Source of the DNA: the human T2T-CHM13v2.0 reference genome, Homo sapiens
Assembly: GCF_009914755.1 (NCBI RefSeq)
Contig: NC_060930.1
Strand: one strand, 5' to 3'
Length of the DNA: 64,000 bases
Positions 12,428 to 24,806 of this stretch are shown piece after piece. The first letter of the stretch is position 1. Each line of letters opens with the position of its first letter. The translations under genes and the position numbers were made by a program. The notes under the pieces are model-generated. The model was not told the DNA's origin. It ran no database searches and saw nothing but the letters and a program-made list of their open reading frames with translations.

Positions 12428-12553
12428 TAGAGACAGGGATCTCCTTATGCTGCCAAGGCTGGTCTTGAACTTCCTAAACTCAAGTAATCTATCTGCCTTG
12501 GCCTCCCAAAGTGCTAGGATTACAGGGAGGCCACCTTTCAATAATCTACCACA
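11828..12553 (-). mobile_element. MLT1 (ERVL-MaLR) LTR interrupted by an AluJ fragment
   Basis: tagtggcttaaaacaatcacttatttagctcacagttctg near the left end; ...aataatctaccaca (antisense tgtggtag start) at the right end. Confidence 0.7.
12275..12525 (-). mobile_element. Doubly truncated AluJ with expanded middle linker (T42, 12385-12426)
   Basis: gctcactgactgcagcctcgac...gctgggactacaag, T-run, gtagagacaggg...ctcccaaagtgctaggattacagg. No poly(A) tail or TSD is visible. Confidence 0.9.
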
Positions 12554-13360
12554 TAGAGGATAGTAAAATAGAGCTTAAAATATCATAGGGTAAAATAAAA
12601 AGAAAAACAGAAAAACTCATCTGTTTACAAAACTATTTACACATATTTCTTAAGAAAGATTTAGAATAACAGATAACTTTGGACTTAAAGCATAGCTTAG
12701 CTATTGCTATGACTACTAAGAAACTAATGAGTATAACAATTCTTTGTAAGTTGCATAGCGATCACCAACAGTAAGCTGGAATTATTATCACGTAAAAATC
12801 AGTAATGTGGCACAGTCACTTCCATGGCAATACTGAATAAATGAGGTACATAATTTGTACATCTAACATACACCACATTCTGTGATTTATACTGGGTCTG
12901 AAATGGTAAACAAAACGATCTCAGTTTCCATCCTCATGAACTATACAAACTAATGGGTGAGATAGATTAAAAAAAAGAGGTAAATATTTATCTACCACCA
13001 CCAATTACTAGTATGATGAAAATAAAGGGTTCAGGTGTAGAAAATGAAAGGAAGGGGATCTTGACTGTTGACATTAGATGCTCAAGACGACATCTGTGAG
13101 GAAACCTCATGGTGGCCAAGGCTTAAATAAGGATCACAAATATAATTAACCCTACATGAAAAGATCATGTTCATGTGAAGATTAGACTTATAGGTACCCA
13201 CAGAGACTATCTAGTCAACTCCCTTTCTTTACAGAAAAAAATAATTAGAATTCACAAAGGAGAAATTATTCATTCAAGTCTTCCCAAGTATTTGGGGAAG
13301 ATTTGTGGCCAGATCTAATTCAGTATGCACTTTTATACCACTTTGTATTTTTTTTCAAGC

Positions 13361-14240
13361 TTTTTCTTTTTTATTTCCAGCTTTTATTTTAACTTCTTGG
13401 GTACATGTGCAGGATGTGCAAGTTTGTTACACAGGTAAACATGTGCCATGGTGGTTTGCTGCACAGATCATGCCGTCACCCGGGTAGTAAGCCCAGTGTC
13501 CATTAGCTATTCTTCCTGATGCTCTCCCTCCTTCCACCCCAACCCTCTGACAGGCCCCACTGTGTGTTGTCCTCCCTGCCACCACCATGTATCCATGTGT
13601 TCTCATCATTCAGCTCCCACTTATGAGTGAGAACACACAGTATTTGGTTTCCTGTTCCTGTGTTAGTTTGCTAAGGATAATGGCCTCCAGCTCCATCCAT
13701 GTCGCTGCAAAGGACAGGATCACATTCCTTTTTATGGCTGAACAGTATTCCATGATGTATATGTACCACATTTTCTTCCTTCAGTCTATCACTGATGGGC
13801 ATTTAAGTTGATTCTATGTCTTTTCTATTGTGAATAGTGCTGCAATGAACATATGCGTGCATGTGTCTTTATAGTAGAATGATTTATATTCCTTTGGGTA
13901 TATACCCAGTGATGGAATTGCTGGGTCAAATGATATTTCTGCCTCTAGGTCTTTAAGGAATCTCCACACTGTCTTCCACAATGGTTGAATTAATTTACAC
14001 TTCCACCAACAGTGTATAAGCCTTCTTTTTCTCCACCAGCATCTGTTGTTTTTTGACTCTTTAGTAATAGCCATTCTCATCAGTGTGAGATAGTATATCA
14101 TTATAGTTTTGATCTGCAATTCTCTAATGATCAGTGATCTTGGGCTTTTTTTCATACCTCTGTTGGTCTCATACATGTCTTCTTTCGAAAAGTGTCTGTT
14201 CATGTCCTTTGCCCACTTTTTAATGGAGTTGATTGTTTTT
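13361..14240 (-). mobile_element. L1PA (about L1PA10-13-like) 3' segment: 3'UTR plus ORF2 C-terminus
   Basis: T-rich tail, then gggtacatgtgcaggatgtgcaagtttgttac... Minus ORF 13814..14203 (MNRHFSKED...HCWWKCKLIQPLWKTVWRFLK...CTHMFIAALFTI) is the cysteine-rich C-terminus of L1 ORF2p. Confidence 0.97.
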
Positions 14241-15574
14241 TATTGAAGCAACATACCTCAAAATAATAAAAGCCATGTATGACAAACCCACAACCAATAT
14301 CATACTGAATGGGCAAAAGCTGGAAGCATTCCCATTGAAAACTGGCACAAGACAAGGTTGCCGTCTCTCACCACTCACATTCAACATAGTATTGGAAGTT
14401 CTGGCCAGGACAATCAGGCAAGAGAAATAGATAAAGGATAATCAGATAGGAAGAGAGAAAGTCAAACTATCTTTGTTTGCAGATGACATGATTCTATATC
14501 TAGAAAACCATGTCATCTCAGCCCGAAAGCTTCTTAAGCTGATAAGCTACATCATCAAAGTCTCAAGATACAAAATTAATGTGCAAAAATTGCTAGCATT
14601 CCTACACATCAACAACAGGCAAGTTGAGAGCCAAATCACAAAGGAACTCCCATTCACAATTGCCACAAAAACAATAAAATACCTAGGAATACAGCTAACA
14701 AGGGAAGTGAAGGACCTCTTCAAGTAGAACTACAAACCACTGCTCAAAGAAATCAGAGAGGACACAAACAAATGAGAAAACATTCCATGCTCATGGATAG
14801 GAAGAATTAATATTGTGAAAATGGCCAGACTGCTCATAGCAATTTATAGATTCAAAACTATTCCCATTAAACTACCACTGACATTCTTCACAGAATTAGA
14901 AAAAAAACTATTTTAAAATTATTATGAAACAAACAAACAAAAAGACTGAATAGCCAAGGTAATCATAAGCAAAAAGAACAAAGCTGGAGGTATCATGCTA
15001 CCCAACTTCAAACTATACTACAGGGCTACACTAACCAAAACAGAATGGTACTGGTACAAGAGCAGACACATACACCAATGGAACAGAATAGAGAACGCAG
15101 AAATAAAATTGCACACCTATCAACCTGACAAAAACAAGCAATGGGGAAAGGATTCCCTATTTAGTAAATTGTGCTGGGATACCTGGTTAGCCATATGCAG
15201 AAAATTAAAACTGGACCCCTTTCTTATACCATATACAAAATTAACTCTAGATGGATTAAAGACTTAAATGTAAAACCCAAAACTATAAAAACACTAGAGG
15301 AAAACCTAGGCAATACCATTCAGAACATAGGCATGGGCAAAAATTTTATGACAAAAGTAACAAAAGCAATTGCAATGAAAGCAAAAATTTACAAATGAGA
15401 TCTAATTAAACTAAAGAGCTTCTGCACAGCAGAAGAAACTATCAACAGAGTACGCAGATAACCTACAGAATGGGGGCAACTTTTTGCAATCTATCTATCC
15501 GACAAAGGTCTTTTATCCAGTGTCTATAAGGAACTTAAACAAATTTATTACACAGAAACAAACAAACAACCCCC
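14241..15574 (+). mobile_element. Inverted 5' segment of the same L1 (ORF2 reverse-transcriptase region, disrupted)
   Basis: ORF pieces [53 protein letters not shown] are L1 RT motifs, broken by stops and frameshifts. Confidence 0.97.
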
Positions 15575-15764
15575 CCCCGCCCGCCGTGCATTCTCACACT
15601 TTGTTTTCAAACACAGTTCTGCAAATGTTTTTGGTATCCACTTGTGAGTTCAAGAAATCTTCATACAACAGTAAGAACTATTGATTTTAGGGATGTTGCA
15701 GCCGATATCCCTCTTGGGACAAGTGCAGGCTAGTAACACGTGTCAGGGAAGTTTCAGAAAAGCA

Positions 15765-16008
15765 CAGTAGTGAAATGTTTTGGATCTAAGAGTCATTTTG
15801 ACCTGGTTTAATCCAGCTCTATTACTTAATAGCTGTGTGGTCCCAGGCCTCTTTGTGCTTCAGTTTCCTTATTTTTAAAATGCTGATAAAACTATTAGTA
15901 CTTAATTCATATAATTGATTCAAGTATTAAATGTATTAGTGATTGCAAAGCACTTAGAACATTTCATGGCATTTAGTATAGCCCCAATAAATGTCTGCAA
16001 TTATTATG
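15765..16008 (+). mobile_element. MIR SINE
   Basis: aatccagctctattacttaatagctgtgtg...ctttgtgcttcagtttccttatttttaaaatg...aaagcacttagaaca...caataaatg. Confidence 0.85.
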
Positions 16009-19000
16009 CAAATATTTATTCATGAGGCTTGGGGCTGGACCTCACCACCTTTTCATAACAAGCTTACTGGGCCTGGGCTGGTGGGTAGAGGGAAATAAAT
16101 GAACTAATGGAGATATTAGAATTGAAAAAGTTCTGTCATTCCAAATAATAGAATAGAGTAAATGGTCAAACATTTTCTCTTTGATATTCAGGGAGAGCAA
16201 GTGTAATTGAAAATGATGACAACACCAAAAATGCTTCTGTTTCAGGATTTTCTAGTTGAAAGTTCAGGAGTTGAGGATAAGAATTATGCTAATGAAGATT
16301 TTTCACTTTTTTTCATTTCCCCAGTATCCCAACCTGTTTACTCTTCTGATTGCTGCAGGACATTCAGTGTGAGAAAAATAATTCTATAGATAAACTACCA
16401 ACAAACCATTGATTTCAAAGCTCTTTAAGAACTGAGTGATTGATGCCTGTCATTAATTCATATCCTGATCACAATAAGGACGTTTTGGCTGCCATATGGA
16501 GTGTGGGTGGGGCTCAACAAATCCTCCCCACAGCACATACACTCAGAAGCTGCAAATGCCCTTCATGTATGCGAATGTTTGGGAGCTGTCACAAGTACAT
16601 ATTCAGACGTTATACTATTTTAGATTTATGTTAATATGCTACAGGGTTAACATGAGAAGTCAGGAAGTGTCATTTATATATGACTTTGGTAACAACTTCT
16701 ATCACCCCACCACACGTCTTGTCACATTCCATGCTGTTCTGGAAGTGGCTTATGTTGCCACCTGATCTTAACACTCCAAATTACCATCAGATTCCTCTTG
16801 TAGCATCCCCAACATCCCTTAATTTCTGAGTTGTGCAGTCCACGTCTGGTTAATCATAACATATATCTTCAAAAGCCTCGACTCAATTTTGATTACCATC
16901 TGCTGCATATTTGAATGTCATTCCGGTAATGGAGTGGCCAGACTGACATGTGTTATACTCAAACCTTCATGTCAAAGTGCAGAAGCTAGTTTTGATAAAC
17001 TTAATTGAAAGGCATTCTTTCAAAGAGACATTATCCTTGACTACATATATGCATTATTTTAATTAGCATCTTTCTTTGTTCTTTTCAGTAGTTTTTATTT
17101 CTTCTTAAAGCTCTTAAATCAACCATGCTGTCTTTATGAAATGTCTAGAGAGAAAAGATCTACAATAGCAACATAAATGGTCATCTGTTACCCCTGGAAA
17201 GTTATGGAAGCATTATAGAAATGTGGAAAGCTTGAAAGGCTGGGAAACAAGATGCTTGAAGAAGATAATGAGATTTTTTACATTTATTTATCTCTTCACC
17301 CCCTCATACACACAAAATTCCAGAGTCATTTAGTTATTTGACATTGCAGTGTGTGGAGGAGAGGGAGATCCATTGTTTCTCTAAATTATTCTTATCTTAA
17401 AGATATCACTTCTCACAGCTTGAATAATTATTGTATCTACAGTAAAACAATAATTATTATCATGGTTATTTATGCAATGTGTCCCAGACTCTATTATACT
17501 TGCCATTGCTATTCTCCTCAGCATCAACCTGGCAAATAGAAAGCACTCAAACATGAGTTTGCCTGATCATCCTCCCCTAGGTTTCATTTAGGTACTATGA
17601 GGTATAGAGTACTGTGACGAGCCTGGAAGATCATATAGGAGGATACACAATCATTTCTATTCTTAAAGAATTCCTAATCCTAACTGAAAGGAGAAAATCG
17701 GTTCAAACACATTGAAAACAACAAAAGCTGCTCCGTGAGCATTCAATCAGAAAACATTTATGAGTTTTATAATAGAGAATAAATAATAGATAAATAAATG
17801 AATAGAGAACCTCCTCTAGCATCCCATCATGAGTACTCTCAAAGGTTCCTTTTAGGGTTTTTCAATATCTCTATAATTCATATATGTTTATTGAATGGCT
17901 ATTATGTGCCAGATCTCTGTGAAGAGTTCCAGCCCTTCCTAGCTTATGAGGAACCCTCTACTGAGGGTGAAGTCACTCAGATCCTAGAACATGCTAAGCT
18001 CATCTAATAGGGACTGTCAATGACTCTCTTTTTTCATGAAGTACAGAGCCCCAAGAATAATTTACCTCAAAAAATAATTTCCTTGGCCTCAAAAGATACT
18101 CACACTATATGAAAATGTGTGATTTAGTTGAGGTGAGAATTGAATATGATACATTTTTACAAATGACTTGATATCATTTCCCTATTTTTATTTTTTTATC
18201 CCTTGATGTCTCTTCAAATGCTGATTCTTTAAGTCATAAAAGCTGGATTTCTATGTTCAAGGGCAAATCCAGCTACTCAGAATTTCCAGTGTTATGGAAA
18301 ATAATTTTGATATGCTGCCTCAACTCTCATTTGGAAGAAGGTGTAGAAATATATTTTTGGCCTGTATTCAATCCCGGTGGCCTTGTCCATGCTGACAAGT
18401 TTGTATTCCAAATTTTTCGATTGGCTTCCTCTACCAGGATAGAAAGCTGAGATTGAATTCGCTGGAAAGTTACGTTAGTTTATTTGAGAGTGAAATTAAT
18501 AAGGAAAGATTCAAGGATGACATTTTTGTATTTTAAAATTTAAAATTTCTGCTGCCTTTTTGGAATTGGGATAACTCTAGAGCTGAAATTTTCAGAATGC
18601 ATTTAAATGCCTATCTAGCCATTAGCAAAATATTAGAACAAGGCTCATGACATGACTACTCTTGGATAGAGCGATCATCTACAGAAGCATGACATGGAAG
18701 CCAAATCAAATCCTTTTTGAAATAAAGAGGTTTGTTTACTAAAAATTAACATCCAAATTGTCATTTAGGTACACATTTAAAGAGTATAAAGGAAGTATGA
18801 TTTTCTTGTAAATGTGATGCTTTGCCAAAGTTCTAATCATAAACCCAAAACTGCTGGATTTATTTAAAATAAGTCCTAGTAAGTGAGTGAGGTTTGGCTT
18901 CAAAAGGATTGTGTTTTGAATTTATTATAATTAACCTCATTTTGTCATTTGTATGACACATTTTCCCAAAGGATATCAAGATATTAAAGCAAAACTTAGG

Positions 19001-20532
19001 AGTAATGGCAAAATAGCATGATAATTGGTGTTAAATAGATCATTGATAGAAGATTTCTATCACAGTAGCTCATCTCTCTCCAACTGGATTCCTTTTTTCC
19101 TTACTCCCAAATGATGCCAATTATCTAAAAATTTGAATAATAATTTGTTATGTTTCATTTGTCAGCTTATTAACTCAGTTCATCATCTCTTTTTCAACCC
19201 CTTTATCACATAGTTATCTTACATTCAGCAATACATTTAATTATAATATTATTATAGCCCATGAAGGTATTTATCAATGACTATTACTAAGTGAAATCTA
19301 AATACTAATTTGGCTTTTACAGATTCTTTAAATAGAATTTTGTGTTTTCTGTCCTCTTCTTAGCTTCTCAGAGAAAGTACATTTTTTTCTCATCTTTGTA
19401 CTAATGCAAATTACTCTATCAATATATATGGCTTTTCCATGAGGTTTGGGAGAAAGTTTAGGGTCTTACTTTGCCTGTACTCCTTCTGATCACATTTCCG
19501 CCACTTCTCTTAGAGTTTGGCTTTGCCTATATAAAGGAATATTCTGTGTTTACAAAACATCCTTCCTTCAGAGGCTATTATTTAAAAAGATGTTTAACTC
19601 TCCCCAGTGACCTCTTGTAGGTTTGTTTCTCAGGTAAACTTATTTTTAAAATCATTAATTGATTTATATTTTTGAAAATAAGTGAATTTTTATTCAGTGC
19701 ATTATATAGTAACAAGAAGTGATAGAAATGTAAAAATTCATTTGCCAAAGAGTATGTGAACAGTATAGTCATTTTTCTATTTCTACAGCAGGCCTATGGA
19801 AACATAACCTCATTTATCTACTTGGAATAAAAGCTTGGCTAGCCTACATAAAGTAGGCTTTTTTGGTGTCCCAACATTTATAGCCTATACAGATAATGAA
19901 TGTTTTTCTGAGTGCCTAGGTGATAACCACTAATTCCCAGGTTACAAGTTCATCTATACAGTACCATGTACCCAGAAAAGCCTATCGGTCCAGATTTCAA
20001 ATATTCAGCTGCATCATATCCATAGTTTCAATTACACTTTATAAACATATTTACTTGTTTTGGAGTTGGAAAAGAATATAATCACAATGCAAGTGACTTT
20101 AAACTTGCAATATTCAAAGGTTAAGGTTTCTAGGAAAAAAAACTTATGCATTATTGTTTTGAAAAATCATGAGCAAATTGAAAAAACTTCTCACTTCCAG
20201 TTTTAATTTTGGCTACTGTGTGTTTTGGGTTCTCATAGGCATATTTCAAAGGAAGCTGGGATCATGTGAAATATCCATGGCAGCTGTGGATGCCAACCTA
20301 GGTCTAGTCATGGCACTAGAATGTACAGTGAGCATATTTGGAATACTTATTCAGCATTGGCTGCATGCCGGCCATATCTTTTAGTGTAAGGCTGAGGATG
20401 AGTCTGATTGGGAATAATTCTCAGTATGCAGATGAGGAAATAAACATCAGAATGTGATAGAGTTAAGATTTTAATCCAGATTTATGTGATTCTAAAATTA
20501 GGACAATCATTCCTATACTTTAATGCCTCTTT

Positions 20533-20762
20533 TATCAGTTTCCTAGGGATGCTGTAACAAAGTACTAAAAATTTGATAGCTTAAAACAGCAAAAAATTAT
20601 TGTCTTGCAGTTTTATATGCTAGAAGTCTGAAATCAAGCTGTTGGCTCAGCCTTGCTTTCTCCAAAACCTGTAGGGGTCAGTCTTTCTTTGACTCTTCTG
20701 GCTTCTGGTTTTTGTCTGCAATCCCTGGACTTCTTTGGGTTATAGATGCAGCACTTCAATCT
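20533..20762 (-). mobile_element. MLT1 (MLT1C-like) LTR fragment
   Basis: agtttcctagggatgctgtaacaaagtac...gcttaaaacagc...ctagaagtctgaaatcaag...tagatgcagcacttcaatct. Confidence 0.8.
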
Positions 20763-21142
20763 AAATGACCAGAGTTTATGTATTTTTTAATCTTCCAAGA
20801 CACTTAACCTAAAACAAATTAGACGCTCCATACATACTCATGTATTTGAATTGAATTGCATTACATTGAATTCTCACTGAGGAACAAAGTAGAACAATAG
20901 AATATTATGTAGGGATGCCCCCATTGACTTCTGCAGATGTAGCCATTGGCTGTAATTTCTTGATGTAACACGTCTTAGAAAGTCTGGCTGAGTCTATGAT
21001 GAACAGGGAGTAATGCTACATCTTCCACATTGAGCTAGAGGAAAATGTTGGCTATACAGTTTCATGAGATTAAGATAGTCCACTTGGCTCATCCTGGAGA
21101 AATCTTTAGTCATGATTTACTTAGAAATGAAGTTAAAATGCA

Positions 21143-21605
21143 GTATTAGTCTCAGTTCTTCCAAGAAACAGAATATATGCACACACACAATATGAAGAGA
21201 TTTTCAAGAACTGGTTTATGTGCTACTAAAGGCTAAGAAGTCTCATGATCTGTCGTCTGTGAGCTGGAGACTCAGGAGAGCTGGTATTCTAGTTACAGTC
21301 TGTGTTTAAAGGTTTAAGATCCAGAAAAACCTAAAGTGTAAGCTCCAGAGGGAGTATAGCAGATCTATGTCACAGCTCAAAAAGAGTCATTCTCCTTTCT
21401 GTTTTTTTGTTTTATTCACATCCTCAAAATATTGGATTGTGTCAACCCCCATGAGAAAGGCCAATCTACTATGCTCCATTTCCCAATTCAAAAAAATTAA
21501 TCTCATCCAGGAATACTTTCACAGGCACACTGAGAAATAATGTTTAATCAAAATATCTGGGCATCCGATGGTGCAGTCATGTTGAACATAAAATTAACCA
21601 TTACA
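21143..21605 (-). mobile_element. MLT2 (ERVL) solo LTR, MLT2B-like
   Basis: gtattagtc...aagaagtctcatgatctgtcgtctgtgagctggagactcaggagagctggt...gaaataatgtttaatcaaaatatctgggca...cataaaattaaccattaca. Confidence 0.85.
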
Positions 21606-21934
21606 AATGCTTTTCCTGAATGTTAGTGAGAACGATTCTACATATTTAAAAGCTCTTTAAGAGGCACATTTCCCCTTCCATGATTGCACTACCCTCAATT
21701 GCCTAGGCCAATTGTAGGTGATTAGTGTTAGTGCAGGTGAAGGCAGAGAACCCTGTGTTGTCAAAAGAGGAAGCAATTCTGTTGGTGAACAGCAGTTTTC
21801 CCTAAATCATCTGTAATGGTCATTGCACACCTCCCCATTTTCTTTCTCTTTATTTCCTCTGGGCTCCAAACTTGGCTTAGAATTCTATTTCAGAAGTAAA
21901 TGAGAGTTATAAGCAACATATCATAATCAAAAAA

Positions 21935-22174
21935 GCTGAAAGCTATGAAATTATACAAACTCATATTAGAATCCCAGGTTTACTTCTTATATCCTAGGAA
22001 GTCTGAGGGCTTAACCTCTATAAGCCATCAAGTTTCACTTGTAATATGAGGAGATTAATGCATTACACAAGGGTTATTTTGAGAAATAATTGAGATAATA
22101 AAATGAAGTATGCTTAGCATCACACAGCTAATGGGCAGCAGAGCTAAAATTTGAAATCGGGGATTGGTCTAAAA
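21935..22174. mobile_element. MIR fragments (both orientations); the last one hosts MER58A
   Basis: cttaacctctataagccatcaagtttcacttgtaatatgaggagattaat (+), then cacacagctaatgggcagcagagctaaaatttgaa (-). Confidence 0.6.
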
Positions 22175-22343
22175 CAAGGGCCAGCAAACCATAGCCTGCA
22201 GATCAAAGCCAACCTTCTACCTGCCTTTAGAAATAAAGTTTTATTATAATCATGCCCATCTTTAAAAGGGCATTACCTATATGTCTTTTGCAATGGTGGA
22301 GCTGAATAGTTGTACTGGAGACAAAAATCTAAAATATTTACTG

Positions 22344-24806
22344 TAGTCATATCTTGTTTTATTGCACTTTGCTTTATGACACTTCACAGATATTGTGTCA
22401 CTTACAAATTGAAGATATGTGACAATCCTGCATCAAGTAAGTCTATTACTGCAATTTTTTAAACAGCATGTGCTCGCTTTGTGCCTCTGTATCACATTTT
22501 GGTAATTCTCACTATATTTCAAACTTTTTCATTATTATTATATCTATTATGGTGATCTGTGATCAGTGATCTTTGAAGTTACTATTGTAATTGTTTTGGA
22601 GCACCGCAAATCACACACATATAAGAAAGCAAAGTTAATTGATAAATCCTGTGTGTGTTCTGACTGCTCCACTGACCAGCTACTCCCCAATCTCTCTCCC
22701 TGCCCTCAAGGTTCCCTATTCCTTGATACATAACAACATTGAAATTAGGCCAAATAGTAGCCCTACAATGGCCTGTAAGTATTCGAGTAAAAGAAAGAAT
22801 CAGATGTATCTTACTTTAAATCAAAAGCTAGAAATGATTAAGCTTTATTATGAGAAAGACATGTTGAAAGCCAAGCTAGGCCAAAAGCTAGGTCTCCTTT
22901 GCCAAACAATTAGCCAAGCTGTAAACACGAAGGAAACATTCTTTAAGGAAATTGAAAGTGAACACACTTTCAATGAACACACAAATGATAAAAAAGCGAA
23001 ACAATCTTATTGCTGATGTGGAGAAAATTTGAGAGGTCTGGATCAAAGATCAAACCAGCCACAACATTACCTTAAGCCAAAGTCTATTCCCTAGCAAGGC
23101 CCCAACTGTCTTCAATTCTATGAAGGCTAAGAGAGGAGATGGAGTTGCAGAAGAAAATCCTGAAGCTAGCAGAGGTTGGTTCATGAGGTTTAAGGAAAGG
23201 AGCCATCTTCATTAAAAGTACAAGGTGAAGCAGCGAGTGCTGAGGCAGAAGCTGCAGAAAGTTATCCAGAACATCTAGCTAAGATCATTGATGAAGGTAG
23301 CTGCACAAAGAATAGGTTTTCAATGTGTAAGAAGCAGCCTTATATCAGAAGATACCATCTAGGATTTTCATAGCTGGAGAAAAGAAGTCAATGCCTGGTT
23401 TCAATGCTTCAATGGACATGTTAACTCTCCTGTTAGGAGCTAATGCAGCTGCTGACTTTAAGCTGAAGCCGATGCTCATTTACAATTCTGAAAATCCTAG
23501 AGTCCTTAAGAGGTATAATAAATCTGCTCTGCCTGTTCCCTATAAATAAAACAACAAGGCCTAGATGACAGCACATCTGTTTGTAGCATGGTTTACTGAA
23601 TATTTTAAGCCCACTGTTGAGACTGACTATTCAGAAAAAAAGATTCCTTTCAAAATATTGCTGCTCACTGACATGTACCTGGTCAACCAAGAGCTCTGAT
23701 GGAGAGATACAAGGAGATTAATATTGTTTTCATGACTACTGACACAGCATCTATTCTCTAGCCCACAGATCAAAGAGTAATTTTGACTTTCAAACTTTAT
23801 TATTTAATAAATACACTTCATAAGGCTATAGTTGCCATACTGCCATAAATAGTGATTTCTCTAGTGGATTGGGAAAAGGAAAATGAAAACCTTCTGGGAA
23901 GGATTCACAAGGTCTACATGCCATTAAGAACATTCATAATTCATGGGAAAAGATCAAAATATCAACATTAAGAGGAGTTTGGAGGAAGTTGCTTTCAACC
24001 CTCATGGATGACTTTGAAGGATTCAGGACTTCACTGGAGGAAGTAATTGCAGATGCAGCGGAAATAGCAAGAGAACTAGAATTAAAAGCAAAGCATTGTA
24101 ATTCTCCTCTTCTTAGAAGTGACGATTTGACTGAATTGCCGGATTGTCAGGATAAAATGAACAATTGAGGAGTTGCTTCTTATGGATGGGCAATGCAAGT
24201 GGTTTCTCGAGATGAAATTTACTTTTGGTGAAGAGGCTGTGAACACTCCTGAAATAAGAACAAATGATTTAAAATATTTCACAAACTCAGTTGATAAAGC
24301 AGTAGCAGATTTCAAGAGTATGGACTCCAGTTTTGAAAGAAATTCCATTGTGGATGAAATGCTATCAAACAGCATCACATGCTACAGAGAAATGTTTTAT
24401 GAAGAGTTACTCCACATGGCAAACTTTATTGTTGTCTTTTTTTAAATAAATTGCCACAGCCACCACAACCTTTATCAGCTACCACCCTAATCAGTCAGTA
24501 GCCATTAACATCAAGATGAGACCCTCTACCAGTAAAAAGATGATAACTCACTGAAGCCTTCTATGATTGATAGCATTTTTTAGCAATAGAATATTTTTAA
24601 ATTAAGGTATACACACTGTTTTTTAGGCATAATGCTATTGCACACTTAATAGATTGAATACCATATAGTGTAAATATAACTTGTACATGCACTGGGAAAC
24701 AAAAAAAAATTGTGTGACTCACCTTATTACAATATTGCTTCATTCCAATATTTGCTTTATTGCAGTGGTTTAGAACTCAACCCACAATATTTCCAAGATG
24801 TGCCTG
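22344..24806 (+). mobile_element. Essentially full-length Tigger1 (TcMar-Tigger/pogo) DNA transposon
   Basis: Left end tagtcatatcttgttttattgcactttgctttat; right end cacaatatttccaagatgtgcctg followed by TA. About 2.46 kb with an internal transposase relic. Confidence 0.95.
22768..24445 (+). pseudogene. Degenerate Tigger1 transposase (TIGD1-like, CENP-B-type HTH plus DDE-type domain)
   Basis: [26 protein letters not shown]...[29 protein letters not shown] from the ATG at 22768. C-terminal piece VDKAVADFKSMDSSFERNS...LSNSITCYRE. Multiple stops and frameshifts in between. Confidence 0.9.

Noticed and set aside
13814-15398. ORFs with reverse-transcriptase (FADD) and Cys-rich motifs as a functional gene or novel RT system
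   Set aside because: These are ordinary L1 ORF2 fragments with stops and frameshifts, lacking the endonuclease, ORF1 and promoter.
22639-24445. TIGD1-like gene
   Set aside because: It lies within a TIR-bounded Tigger1 copy and the reading frame is broken many times.
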